This document shows positions 18,553 through 31,565 of a stretch of DNA of 64,000 bases, piece by piece. Origin of the DNA: Trueperaceae bacterium (GTDB taxonomy: Bacteria; Deinococcota; Deinococci; Deinococcales; Trueperaceae); the NCBI GenBank assembly GCA_034520945.1, contig JAXHNB010000005.1:352001-416000 (forward strand). The letters run 5' to 3'. The position numbers were made by a program, and so were the translations under genes. The number at the start of each line of letters is the position of its first letter. The stretch's first letter is position 1. A model generated the notes under the pieces. It searched no databases. It had not been told where the DNA came from and saw only the letters and a program-made list of their open reading frames with translations.

Positions 18553-18846
18553 TCAGTCCTCCGTGCCGGTCCGGGGCACCCGTAGGAAGCCGTCCTGCTG
18601 GGCGCGGGCGGTGCGGCCCACGGTGTCGGCGGACAGGCCGCCCCGCACCTGATCCTGGCGCGTGCCGTCGTCCACGTGGACCGGCCGAAGCATCGGCTCG
18701 AGCCCGCCGACGTCCACCTCCGACAGGGTGCCCAGGTGGGCGAGGACCCGTTCCAGGTCGGCCCGCACCGCGTCGCGTTCGTCCGGCTGGATGCGGAGGC
18801 GGGCCAAGCGTTCGAGGTGCGCGAGTTCCTCGTCGCTGATGCGCAT
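18553..18846 (-). CDS. gatC: Asp/Glu-tRNA amidotransferase subunit C
   Basis: ISDEELAHLERLARL..LSEVDVGGLEPM..GFLRVPR pattern. Confidence 0.9.
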   Translation of the reverse strand: MRISDEELAHLERLARLRIQPDERDAVRADLERVLAHLGTLSEVDVGGLEPMLRPVHVDDGTRQDQVRGGLSADTVGRTARAQQDGFLRVPRTGTED

Positions 18847-18918
18847 GACGAGACGGTAGCACGCCGCGCGGCGGCCGCGTCGAGGCGTCGCCCGCCGGGT
18901 GGGCGCTCGTCGGGGCGT

Positions 18919-19650
18919 TCAGAACAGGGGGCCGAGAAGCCACCACAGCGGCACCGCCAACAGCAGGGCCGGAAGCATGCTGGCGACGCGGACCTTCACC
19001 AGGTCCAGCAGGCCCAAGCCGAGCCCCACGATCATCAGGCCGCCGACGCCGTTGACCAGCAACACGCGCGGGTCGGCGGTGGGATCCGGGACCAGGGTGG
19101 TCAGCGTGCCGGCGGCCAACGACAGGCCCCCTTGGAACACGAGCACCACGGCGGCCGACATCATCACGCCGAGGCCGAAGGTGGTGGCCAACGCCAAGGC
19201 GGACAGACCGTCCAACGTGCTCTTCAGCAACAGGAAGCTCGGATCGCCCGTCAACCCGTTCTGGATCGAGCCGAGCAGGGTGAGCGGACCGACGCAGAAC
19301 AGCAGCGTCGCGGTCACGAACCCCTCGGTGAAGCGCCCCTCGCCCGCGAAGCGACGCTTCAGCAGGTCGCCGATCGCCTCGAGCCCGTCCTCGATGCGCA
19401 TCGCTTCGCCCAGCGCGCCGCCCAGAGCCAGGCCGAGCAGCGCAACGATCACGCCGGGCGGCGCGTCGACGCGGGTCAGGTCGAAGGCGGCGTTCAGGCC
19501 GATGAACAGCGTCGTCAGGCCGATGGCCTGCATCATCACGCGCACGGTTCGCCGCGGCAGCCTGTGCCGCAGCCACAGGCCGAGCCCCGACCCGACGAGG
19601 ACGCTCAACGTGTTCACCAGCGTGCCGGAGGTCTGTTCGAACGGGCTCAC
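18919..19650 (-). CDS. DUF554 (YdfK-like) membrane protein
   Basis: GTLVNTLSVLVGS, LLFCVGPLTLLGSIQNGLTGD, KSTLDG; GTGA overlap with upstream gene. Confidence 0.85.
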   Translation of the reverse strand: MSPFEQTSGTLVNTLSVLVGSGLGLWLRHRLPRRTVRVMMQAIGLTTLFIGLNAAFDLTRVDAPPGVIVALLGLALGGALGEAMRIEDGLEAIGDLLKRRFAGEGRFTEGFVTATLLFCVGPLTLLGSIQNGLTGDPSFLLLKSTLDGLSALALATTFGLGVMMSAAVVLVFQGGLSLAAGTLTTLVPDPTADPRVLLVNGVGGLMIVGLGLGLLDLVKVRVASMLPALLLAVPLWWLLGPLF

Positions 19651-20285
19651 CCGTCGCCCCCTGCGCGCGGCGCGCCCTCGTCCGCCTCGTCCGCCTCGTC
19701 CGCGTCGCCCGCGTCCGCTCGTCCGCCGCTGCGGAGCACCATCACGGTCACGATGGCGCCGGCCGCCAACGGCAGCCCGATCAGCCAGACCAGCCACGTG
19801 CTCAGGCTTCGCGGGCCGGTATCGGTCGGCGGGAAGATGAAGGACACCGGCTCGGTGGCGCCGCCGGGCCCCACCTCGAGCGTCACGGTGGCTCGGGCCT
19901 CCTCCTGCTCGAAGGTGGTGTCGCGGAAGCGCACGCTCCAGGCGCCGGGGGCGTCCAGCGTCAGGCGTCCCTGGTAGCGGCCGGGCTCCACTTCGTCGAA
20001 GCGACCCGATTGGACGGTCGGGTCCTCGCCGCCCGGGGGGATCGCCTCGGCCTGCATCACGGCGTCCTCGACCGGGGTTTCGGTCGGGTCGCGGAGCTCC
20101 AGCGTCAGCGTGGTCGGCGCGCCGACCGGCGGCGGGGCGGGCTGGGTGCGCACGGTGCCGAACACCAGGGTGGCGTGCGCGCCCGCCACCGCCCACAGGG
20201 CCAGCGCCGTGATCAGCAGCCCGGGGCGTGCCAGCTGCCGCCGCGCGGCGTCGAAGCTAGGGCGCGTCACGTTGCGGCAGCTCAT
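19647..20285 (-). CDS. Exported YtkA/FixH-like Ig-fold protein with C-terminal TM anchor
   Basis: Signal peptide, PPPVGAPTTLTLELRD..PVEDAV..EVEPGRYQGRLTLDAPGAWSV, C-terminal TM helix and acidic tail; GGGAGGT SD. Confidence 0.65.
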   Translation of the reverse strand: MSCRNVTRPSFDAARRQLARPGLLITALALWAVAGAHATLVFGTVRTQPAPPPVGAPTTLTLELRDPTETPVEDAVMQAEAIPPGGEDPTVQSGRFDEVEPGRYQGRLTLDAPGAWSVRFRDTTFEQEEARATVTLEVGPGGATEPVSFIFPPTDTGPRSLSTWLVWLIGLPLAAGAIVTVMVLRSGGRADAGDADEADEADEGAPRAGGDG

Positions 20286-20985
20286 GGTCGACCTCCCAAA
20301 GCACCTCGCGGGGCGTCCTCGTGTCGGCGTGGATCTGTGCGGCCAGCGCCCGGCCGACCCAGCGCCAGTGCCACGGCTCGTAGGCGTAGCACGTCTTGTC
20401 GCGGGCATGCTCGGGGTAGCTCATCACGAAGCCGAAACGCCAGGCGTTCGCGGCGACCCACGCACCGGCCGGCGTGTCGGCCCAATCGCGCTGGTCCCAA
20501 GGGGCCGGGCCGCCCGTCGTGCCCAGGTCGACCGCCGTGCCCAGCTGATGCTCGGAGTGGCCCGGCCGCGCGCTGGTGCGCAGGGCCGCCCGTCGTCCGT
20601 CACGCTCGACCCAGTACGCGAAGGTGCGGCGTTGGTAGTCGTAGCTCCGGAAGGCGGACCACAACGCCAGGGAATGCCCCGCCGCCGCGGCCGCCTCGCG
20701 CAGGGCGCGCAGGTCGGGCACCATGACGGCGCGGACGAAGCGGTCGTCCGCGAACCCCGCCCGGCGGGCCGCGACCAGGTCGGGCGGCCGCCAGTCGCCC
20801 GGAAGCCGGAACACCGTGTCCAGTACGGTCCATCGCCCGTCGTCCGGCGGCACCACCGTGGCCGGCCGGTCCTCGTACGCGCAGGGGGGCGGCGCCGCGG
20901 CGGCCCCTGCGAGCAGCGCCAGGCAGGCCACGGTCCGAAGCGTGCGAACGGCGCCGGCACGGTGGGTCCAAGACCGGGCTCGCAT
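20257..20985 (-). CDS. M15B (VanY-like) D-Ala-D-Ala carboxypeptidase
   Basis: SAFRSYDYQ, SARPGHSEHQLGTAVD, YEPWHWRWVG; signal peptide. Confidence 0.9.
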   Translation of the reverse strand: MRARSWTHRAGAVRTLRTVACLALLAGAAAAPPPCAYEDRPATVVPPDDGRWTVLDTVFRLPGDWRPPDLVAARRAGFADDRFVRAVMVPDLRALREAAAAAGHSLALWSAFRSYDYQRRTFAYWVERDGRRAALRTSARPGHSEHQLGTAVDLGTTGGPAPWDQRDWADTPAGAWVAANAWRFGFVMSYPEHARDKTCYAYEPWHWRWVGRALAAQIHADTRTPREVLWEVDHELPQRDAP

Positions 20986-22514
20986 CAGAACGAGGGCCCC
21001 AGCACCGTACCCCGCATCTCCATCGGCAGCGACAACACCCACAGTTGGAAGGCGGCGAGCGCGATCGTCAGCAGCAGCATCGGCCACATCGCCCCGGCGG
21101 CCCGGCGTCCGAAGTCGCGCACGGCGATGCGAACGCACAGGCCTGCGGCCAGGAGCGAGTAGGCGGACGCGACGCCGGCCGTGATGGGAAACAGCATGCG
21201 CGAGGGCACCATGCGGGCCAGCCGCCAGTTCGGGTCGACGCTCATGCCGCGCCACTCGAAGAAGTGCTGGAACACCGGCACGATCGAGACGGCCCCCGTC
21301 AGGAAGTGGAACAGGTAGTGCGCGGCCCAGAATCCGAAGCCCAGCGCCACGAACACGTAGCCCCAGCGCAGCAGGGCCCGGCGCGGCGCCCAGCCGGCAC
21401 CTCCGATTCGGTCGGCCAGGATCGCGGCGCCCCAGGCGAGGGCCAGGCCCGCCCCGCTGGCGAGCGCGAACATCGTGATCAACAACGCGGCTTCGTTCCG
21501 GGTGCCCAGGGCGCGGGACGTCCACGCCGCGAGGTCGTAGAACGGCGGCACCATCGCCACGGCGTTCAGGAGCCCCCAGATCAGGAGCAGCACCGCCATC
21601 ACCATGAGGGGCAGGCCCCAGCGCCGTCGCCACGGGTCGGAGGCCAGCTCGCGCGCCGGTGAGCGCGCCACCAGGGCCACGTTGTCGTACGGGCACGCCC
21701 GCACGCAGTTCATGCAGGAGGTGCAGTCCATGTTGGAGGTGAGGGTGGGCACGAACAGCTTGGTCTCGCAGCCGGGGAACGCCCCTTCGCCGTTGGGGTT
21801 CGTCACGTCGCCGAGGGGCACGAACGCGTGTCGGCCGTCGGCGCGGGCGGGATCGGCGTAGGTCTCGCGGCCGTGCAGGCAGGGTTTGTGCTCGCAGCTG
21901 CGGCAGATGTCCGGGTCGTGGGCGGCGATCTGGGTGGGCGACACGCTGGCGAAGACGAAGTTGAAATTGCCGAGCGGACACACGTAGCGGCAGAAGGTCC
22001 CGGCCGGGAACAGGGTGTCGACCAGGAACGCGCCGGCGAAGTAGGCGATGGCCAGCCAGGCCGTCAGCCAGGGGCTGGCCCACAGGTCGAAGATCTCGTA
22101 GGACAGGAACAGGGCCAGGAGGAGCCCCGCCACCAGCCACTTCGAGCGTAGGGCCTGCGGCCAGCGCCACTCGAGGCGAAGGTGGCGCTTCACGAACGCG
22201 GCGGGACCGCGCGTCGCCATCAACGGGCAGGCGGCGCAGAAGGCGTTGCCGAAGATCGCCAGCGCCACCACGACCAGGCCCCGGTAGTGCAGCCAGCCGG
22301 CGGTCGTGGCCATGTTCCGCGGGGCCAACTGCCGTCCCGTCAGGCCGTCGGTGATCACCATCGCGGCCAGGATCAGGAGCGGAACCTGCAGGGCGAAGCG
22401 GGCGTAGCGCCAGCGCAGGAACCGCCTGAGGCCGGGGAGGGCGAGAAGGTCGAAGCCGCGGGGTTGGTCGACGTACGCCCCCGCGCGGGGCAGCGCGATG
22501 CGCCGAGGGTTCAC
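20985..22514 (-). CDS. Multi-TM 4Fe-4S-binding polyferredoxin (NapH/CcoG-FixG/FesM-like)
   Basis: FCAACP, FCRYVCP, CRSCEHKPC, CTSCMNCVRACP cysteine motifs and many TM helices. Confidence 0.85.
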   Translation of the reverse strand: MNPRRIALPRAGAYVDQPRGFDLLALPGLRRFLRWRYARFALQVPLLILAAMVITDGLTGRQLAPRNMATTAGWLHYRGLVVVALAIFGNAFCAACPLMATRGPAAFVKRHLRLEWRWPQALRSKWLVAGLLLALFLSYEIFDLWASPWLTAWLAIAYFAGAFLVDTLFPAGTFCRYVCPLGNFNFVFASVSPTQIAAHDPDICRSCEHKPCLHGRETYADPARADGRHAFVPLGDVTNPNGEGAFPGCETKLFVPTLTSNMDCTSCMNCVRACPYDNVALVARSPARELASDPWRRRWGLPLMVMAVLLLIWGLLNAVAMVPPFYDLAAWTSRALGTRNEAALLITMFALASGAGLALAWGAAILADRIGGAGWAPRRALLRWGYVFVALGFGFWAAHYLFHFLTGAVSIVPVFQHFFEWRGMSVDPNWRLARMVPSRMLFPITAGVASAYSLLAAGLCVRIAVRDFGRRAAGAMWPMLLLTIALAAFQLWVLSLPMEMRGTVLGPSF

Positions 22515-22924
22515 GGCTGGGAGACGCGCACCTGGGTCTCTTCGAGGACGGTGTCGCCGCTGGGAAGCGTGACCTCGGCCGTGAGGATCCAGTCGCCCGC
22601 CATGGTGAACGCGAAGTCGGCCGTACGGTAGCGCCCCTCCTCGCCCCCGGTCGCCGCCTCGATGACGGGCTCCATGCCTGCGTGCGTCATGTCACCGGTG
22701 AGCTCCACGCGGGCACCTTCGACGGGTGCCTCGCCGTCGGTGACGTGCACCGTAATGTCGGCCGGGCCCACGGTGGGCGCGTCGGGGAGGACGAGGCGAA
22801 CCTGGACGTCCGGGGCGACGCCGCCGGAGGCGGAGGCTTGCCGGTCTGGCGCTTCGCACGCGATCAGGGCCGTGGTCAGCACCACGGAGGGGATCAGAAG
22901 CAGGAGGCGGGGGAGCGTAGGCAT
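22511..22924 (-). CDS. YtkA-like/FixH-family lipoprotein
   Basis: Lipobox LIAC, PTVGPADITV, GDMTHAGMEP, GRYRTADFAFTMAGDWIL; TAGCGT 7 nt before ATG. Confidence 0.8.
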   Translation of the reverse strand: MPTLPRLLLLIPSVVLTTALIACEAPDRQASASGGVAPDVQVRLVLPDAPTVGPADITVHVTDGEAPVEGARVELTGDMTHAGMEPVIEAATGGEEGRYRTADFAFTMAGDWILTAEVTLPSGDTVLEETQVRVSQP

Positions 22925-23778
22925 GCGGCCCACGCTAGCACGCCGCTGCCTCCTTCGCGTTGCGTCTTGGACGCCATCGAGGGGTGCCAGCGGCCGATGT
23001 CGGCCAGGTAGCTGTGCAGCCCGCGCGCCAGGGCGTCGGCCGGTCCGTCCGGATCGGTGAGCCAGGCGCGATCATCGGGGTTCGACAGGTAGCCGAGCTC
23101 GACGATCACGCCCGGGGTGGCCCGGTGGGCGGCGTGGAGGTAGCGGCGGTCCGAGAAGGCGTAGTAGTGCAGCATGGCGCCGGTGACGTTGGCGTCGTCG
23201 TCCGATAGGGGGGAGGCGGACAGGTAGGCGGCGTCGAGATGCGCCTTCAGCACCGGTTCCAGGGCGTTGCGGGCCGGTCGCCGGTGGGCGCTCTTGTAGC
23301 CGGTGCGCCGCGGATCCGGGCTCACGTCGGCATGGACCGAGATCAGTACGTCGGCACGGTAGCGGGGCGGCACCGTGGCCGGGAGGACGTCGACGTGGAT
23401 CCCGTTCGCCTCCAACTGCGCCGCCAGCGCGTCCACCACGGCCCGGTTCACCTCGACCTCGTCCAGCCCGGCGGCGTGACCGCCCGTGTTCAGGCGCAGC
23501 GCGGCCAGCTCGTCCGGATGATCAAAGGCGCGCAGGTGCCCCACCTGCAGCCCGATGGTGGGGGGGCCGCGCAGGCGCAGCCAGGCGCGCTCGATCGGCC
23601 CCGGGGCGGCCGCGGCGTCGTGCGCCGAAGGCGCCGCAGGCACCGACGCGGAGGCGTCGAGGGCTGCCGCGCGGTCCACGGCTGCCAGCGCGGCGACGGC
23701 CAACAGCGCGCCGCTCAGCAGGAGCGTCCAGCGGAGCATGCGGCGTGGGCGGCGGGCGCTGGGGGAAGGGGCCGGCAC
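22894..23778 (-). CDS. N-acetylmuramoyl-L-alanine amidase (Amidase_3)
   Basis: LQVGH, EVEVN, LISVHAD, PGVIVELGYLSN zinc motifs; N-terminal signal/TM. Confidence 0.85.
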   Translation of the reverse strand: MPAPSPSARRPRRMLRWTLLLSGALLAVAALAAVDRAAALDASASVPAAPSAHDAAAAPGPIERAWLRLRGPPTIGLQVGHLRAFDHPDELAALRLNTGGHAAGLDEVEVNRAVVDALAAQLEANGIHVDVLPATVPPRYRADVLISVHADVSPDPRRTGYKSAHRRPARNALEPVLKAHLDAAYLSASPLSDDDANVTGAMLHYYAFSDRRYLHAAHRATPGVIVELGYLSNPDDRAWLTDPDGPADALARGLHSYLADIGRWHPSMASKTQREGGSGVLAWAACLRSPASCF

Positions 23779-23852
23779 GTCTTTACGGTACGTGTTTCAT
23801 GGCGTCGCGCGCTGCGAAGCGGCCGACACCTGCGTGGCCGGTGCCGGCCCCT

Positions 23853-24716
23853 TCAGGCCGGGTCGTCCGGCCCGCCGGCGTCGCGAGGCGGGTGGGGTGG
23901 GGTCAACGTGCGGCTGCGTGGAGGTCGCGGCGGGAGCGGCGCGGGCAGGTGTACCTCTTCCAGCTCGCGGCGGGGGCTCCGGGGCGGCCGTTCCAGTGGG
24001 TGAAGCGTGCGTGCTTCCGCGTCCTCGTCGGCCCCGCCGAACGTCGACCCCGCGATGCCCTCGGCGGCGCCGGGCGCCGCGCGCCGCCACCAGGCGGGCC
24101 CGAGCAGGCCGGTCAGCGCCGCCGCCGCCAGCACGCCCGGCAGGTCGGTGGCCAGGTGGGGGAGGATCCCCTCGGCCGGCAGCGGCCGGAACGCCCACGC
24201 CAGCGCGGCCAGACCGCCCGATGCGGTGGCCAGGGTCCAGGCCAACACGATCCCGAGCGGTGCCGCCAGGCGTGTCCGGCGGGGGGAGGGCGCGATCGCG
24301 ATCCAGCCCAGCGCGGCGAGCTCCAGCGCCAAAACGGCCTCCGCCCCGCTCAACGGGTGGCGCGTGCTCTCCACCGCGGCGAACAGCAGCCCGGCCACCA
24401 CGCCCAGGGTCGGCCCGTACCCGAGCGCGACCAGGTACAGCGGCAGACGGCGAAGTCCGTCCAAGGGCCAGTCGATGCCGGCGGCCTCGATACGTTCGCC
24501 CGCGACGACGAGGCTCAGGCCCGCCAGCGCCGCCAAGGCGGCGCAGATCCACGGCAGCGGCCGGGCCAGGGCGCGCGCGTCCCCCCGGGCCCACCCGCCC
24601 ACCAGCGACGCGCCGGCCAGGATCGTCGCCGCCAACAGCGCGTAGCCGAGCAACGGATCGGACGTCACCCGCGCCCACGCGGCGCCGGCCTCCACGCCGG
24701 GCAGCCAGCTAGGCAC
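23853..24716 (-). CDS. Hypothetical membrane protein, weakly ECF S-component-like
   Basis: About 6 TM helices, LPLYLVALGYGPTLGVVAGLL segment; start uncertain. Confidence 0.55.
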   Translation of the reverse strand: MPSWLPGVEAGAAWARVTSDPLLGYALLAATILAGASLVGGWARGDARALARPLPWICAALAALAGLSLVVAGERIEAAGIDWPLDGLRRLPLYLVALGYGPTLGVVAGLLFAAVESTRHPLSGAEAVLALELAALGWIAIAPSPRRTRLAAPLGIVLAWTLATASGGLAALAWAFRPLPAEGILPHLATDLPGVLAAAALTGLLGPAWWRRAAPGAAEGIAGSTFGGADEDAEARTLHPLERPPRSPRRELEEVHLPAPLPPRPPRSRTLTPPHPPRDAGGPDDPA

Positions 24717-25593
24717 GCCGCCCCCACGGGTCGAAGTCGGGGTCGTCCTGGTCCAGCGTCTCTCCGAACGGGCTCTGGTCGAAGCGTCCGTGCCAGAACA
24801 TGCCGAGCACCGCATGCCACGCCGCCCGCTGCGGGGCGGGCCCCACCCGCGCGCGGACCATGGCCACGGCGCCGACCGCCCACCGCTGCGCCGCCCGGCG
24901 CACGGGCCCGTGGTGGCGCCGGGCCGTGATCATGCCGCCCCGCAACCCTTCGATCATGAAGCGCGGATCCGAAGGCCCCTTCCCGGCGCCGAGGTGCACG
25001 ACCTCGGCGCCGACCAGCTGCACGCGCCAATCGCGCGCCCGCAGGCGCAGCCCCCACTCCAGGTCCTCGTCATAGAAGCGGAGCGAGGCGTCCATGCCGC
25101 CCGCATCCTGGGCCGCGGCGACGCGCACTGCGAAGATGCATCCGGACACCCACGGCACGCGGAGCGTCGCCGCTGGGCCCGCGCCACCCAGCTGCGCGGT
25201 GTAGGCGCGGTAGGGGATCCCTTGATCCTGAATCCGCCCGTCCGGGCCGCGGGCCAGCGGACCGGTCAGGGCCACGCGCGGGTCGTGAAACGGGGCGGCC
25301 AGGGCGTGCAACGTGTCCGGTTCGATCAGCACGTCGGCGTTCATGACGCAGACGAGAGCGCCCCCGGCCGTGTCCAGGGCATGGTTCACCGTCGCGGCGT
25401 AGCCCAGGTTGGGTCGTGGCTCCAGGCGGGCGTGCGGGTGGGCGGCGCCGACCCGCAGCGCCTCCGGCGCCGTGCCGCCGGTGTCGAGTACCCGGACCGG
25501 GACCTCCGGCGCGGAGCGGGCGAGGGCCGCCAGCGCGCGCGCCGCGACCTGGGGCGTGCGGTGATGGATCAGGGCGACCTCGGCGATGCGCAC
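24709..25593 (-). CDS. Glycosyltransferase family 2
   Basis: NLGYAATVN, MNADV (DxD-like), WVSGCIF, GGMDASLRFYDEDLEW, VVHLG. Confidence 0.9.
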   Translation of the reverse strand: MRIAEVALIHHRTPQVAARALAALARSAPEVPVRVLDTGGTAPEALRVGAAHPHARLEPRPNLGYAATVNHALDTAGGALVCVMNADVLIEPDTLHALAAPFHDPRVALTGPLARGPDGRIQDQGIPYRAYTAQLGGAGPAATLRVPWVSGCIFAVRVAAAQDAGGMDASLRFYDEDLEWGLRLRARDWRVQLVGAEVVHLGAGKGPSDPRFMIEGLRGGMITARRHHGPVRRAAQRWAVGAVAMVRARVGPAPQRAAWHAVLGMFWHGRFDQSPFGETLDQDDPDFDPWGRRA

Positions 25594-25654
25594 CCCTTCA
25601 GGCTAGCGCAGCCAGGCCACCGGATTCTCACCTGCGCGCGCTAACGTAGGTCGC

Positions 25655-26590
25655 GTGAAGCGATCGGATCCGACCATCGGCGTGGCCCTTGGGGGCGGAA
25701 GCGCCCGCGGCTACGCGCACATCGGCGCCCTCGCCGCGTTGGAACGTCACGGCCTCGCCCCCCAGGTGGTGGCGGGGACCAGCTTCGGTGCCGTGGTCGG
25801 CGCGCTGTACGCCATGCGCCGCACGCCGGCCCAGATGGAGGCGCAGGCGGCGGCGTTGCGTCGACGCGACGTGCTGCCCCGCGTGATCGACTTCGGGCTG
25901 TTCGAGGCCGCCCTGTTTTCCGGGCAGCGGCTGGAGGCCTACTTCGATCGCCTGGTGGAGGGGCGTGCGTTCGAGGACCTGGATCGGACGCTGGTGGTGG
26001 TCGCGACCGACGCCGACACGGGTGAGCGCGTGGCGTTGCGGGAGGGGCCGCTGGCCCCGGCCCTGCGGGCGTCCGCGTCGATGCCGGGCGTGTTCGCGCC
26101 GGTGGAGCACCAGGGCCGGCGCCTGATCGACGGCGGCATCGGCACCCCCGTGCCCGTCCGGAGCCTGGACGCGTTCGCGTTGGACCTGAAGATCGGCATC
26201 GGGGCGGGCACGGACGCCGACGACTCCGGCGCCATTCGCTGGGTGGTGCGCGCCATGGAGCATCCGTGGGGCCAGGGGGTGCACCGGGCGCTGGGGCGTG
26301 GTGGGACCGGCCGGCTGGGATCGCTGGCGCGGGCCGTCGCGTGGACGATGGACGGGTACGCGGACGCGCCCATGACCGGCGCGAGCCCCGCCGTGGAGGA
26401 CGTCTCGGACATGGAGGTGCACACGCGCCCCCCGATCCATTGGCTGCGGTTCGACCGGGCCGAGGACGCGATCCGTGCGGGCGAGTCGGCGCTGGACGCC
26501 GCCGCCCCGCGCCTGCTGGCGGCCCTGCGCGACGCGGTCGCGCGGGGCGGTCCCCGCGCCGGGGCCGTCACCGTGGTCCCCGCCGGCTGA
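25655..26590 (+). CDS. Patatin-like phospholipase (RssA/NTE family)
   Basis: GGGSARG, GTSFG, ASASMPGVFAP, DGG motifs. Confidence 0.93.
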   Translation: MKRSDPTIGVALGGGSARGYAHIGALAALERHGLAPQVVAGTSFGAVVGALYAMRRTPAQMEAQAAALRRRDVLPRVIDFGLFEAALFSGQRLEAYFDRLVEGRAFEDLDRTLVVVATDADTGERVALREGPLAPALRASASMPGVFAPVEHQGRRLIDGGIGTPVPVRSLDAFALDLKIGIGAGTDADDSGAIRWVVRAMEHPWGQGVHRALGRGGTGRLGSLARAVAWTMDGYADAPMTGASPAVEDVSDMEVHTRPPIHWLRFDRAEDAIRAGESALDAAAPRLLAALRDAVARGGPRAGAVTVVPAG

Positions 26591-26634
26591 GACCTTCGTG
26601 AGCGCCGGCGAACGCGGGCCGTCCGCGCCGGCGC

Positions 26635-30490
<3,856 letters not shown>

Positions 30491-30513
30491 CGCGCGGCCC
30501 GCGCCGCGGGGGC

Positions 30514-31485
30514 TCACACCGCCAGGACGGTGGCCAGTTCGACCAGTTGCGCGTCGATCGGCTTGACGTTCTCCCAGACCTCCTTCAGGGGGATGAAGGC
30601 GTTGCCGCGTTTGTCGATCCCCACCATCACGCCGCTGCGGCCTTGGATCAGGCCCTCGACCGCCATGAACCCCAGGCGCGAGGCCAACACGCGGTCACGG
30701 GTCGACGGGGAACCGCCCCGCTGCACGTGCCCCAGGATCGAGGTGCGGACCTCCGACGCGGTCCGCTCCTGCAGGGCGCGCTCCAACCCCATGGCGCCGC
30801 CCGGGTAGGCGCCCTCGGCGACGACGATCACGCTGGAGCTCTTGCCGCGCGCCTCCGCGGCGCGCAGCAGGTCCGCGACCTCTTTCGCGTCGTTCGTGCG
30901 CTCCGGGTACAGGATCGCTTCGGCCCCGCCCGCCACCCCGACGTTGAGGGCGATGTGGCCCGAGTTGCGCCCCATCACCTCGACGAGGAACACGCGGTCG
31001 TGGCTGGCGGCCGTGTCCCGGAGGCGGTCGACGGCGTCGAGGGCAATGTTGATGGCGGTGTTGAACCCGATCGACACGTCGGTGCCGAAGATGTCGTTGT
31101 CGATGGTGCCGGGCACGCCGATCACGGAGATGCCGTGCTCCTCGTGCAGCTTCGAGGCGCCGCGAAAGCTGCCGTCGCCGCCGATGACGATCAACCCGTC
31201 GATGTCGTGCCGCGCCATCGTCGCCGCGGCCTCGCTGCGCCCCGAGGATTCCAGGAACGGGGTGCAGCGCGCGGTGCGCAGGATGGTGCCCCCGCGCTGG
31301 ATCACGTTGGCCACGCTGCGGGGACCCAACTCGTGGACGTCGTCGTCCAGCAGGCCCTGGAAGCCGCGGTACACGCCGGACACCCGGAGGCCACGCGTCA
31401 CGGAGGTGCGGACCACGGCGCGGATCGCGGCGTTCATGCCTGGGGCGTCGCCCCCGCTGGTGAGTACGGCCACGTGGTTCATCAC
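30514..31485 (-). CDS. pfkA: ATP-dependent 6-phosphofructokinase
   Basis: TSGGDAPGMNAAIR, GGDGS, GTIDNDI, EVMGR, LGHVQRGG. Confidence 0.97.
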   Translation of the reverse strand: MMNHVAVLTSGGDAPGMNAAIRAVVRTSVTRGLRVSGVYRGFQGLLDDDVHELGPRSVANVIQRGGTILRTARCTPFLESSGRSEAAATMARHDIDGLIVIGGDGSFRGASKLHEEHGISVIGVPGTIDNDIFGTDVSIGFNTAINIALDAVDRLRDTAASHDRVFLVEVMGRNSGHIALNVGVAGGAEAILYPERTNDAKEVADLLRAAEARGKSSSVIVVAEGAYPGGAMGLERALQERTASEVRTSILGHVQRGGSPSTRDRVLASRLGFMAVEGLIQGRSGVMVGIDKRGNAFIPLKEVWENVKPIDAQLVELATVLAV

Positions 31486-31565
31486 CGGCGCAGTATAGCC
31501 ACGCGGGGCGCGTTCGGCGGGGCGTCCGTCCCGGCAGGCCTTGGCGCGAGATGCAATGATGCCGC

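Noticed and set aside
18553..18846. gatC without gatA/gatB
   Set aside because: Dispersed gat genes are normal in Thermus/Deinococcus; no sign of decay
19676..19720. 9-bp repeats encoding DADEADEADE
   Set aside because: Short low-complexity acidic tail; no evidence of a separate element
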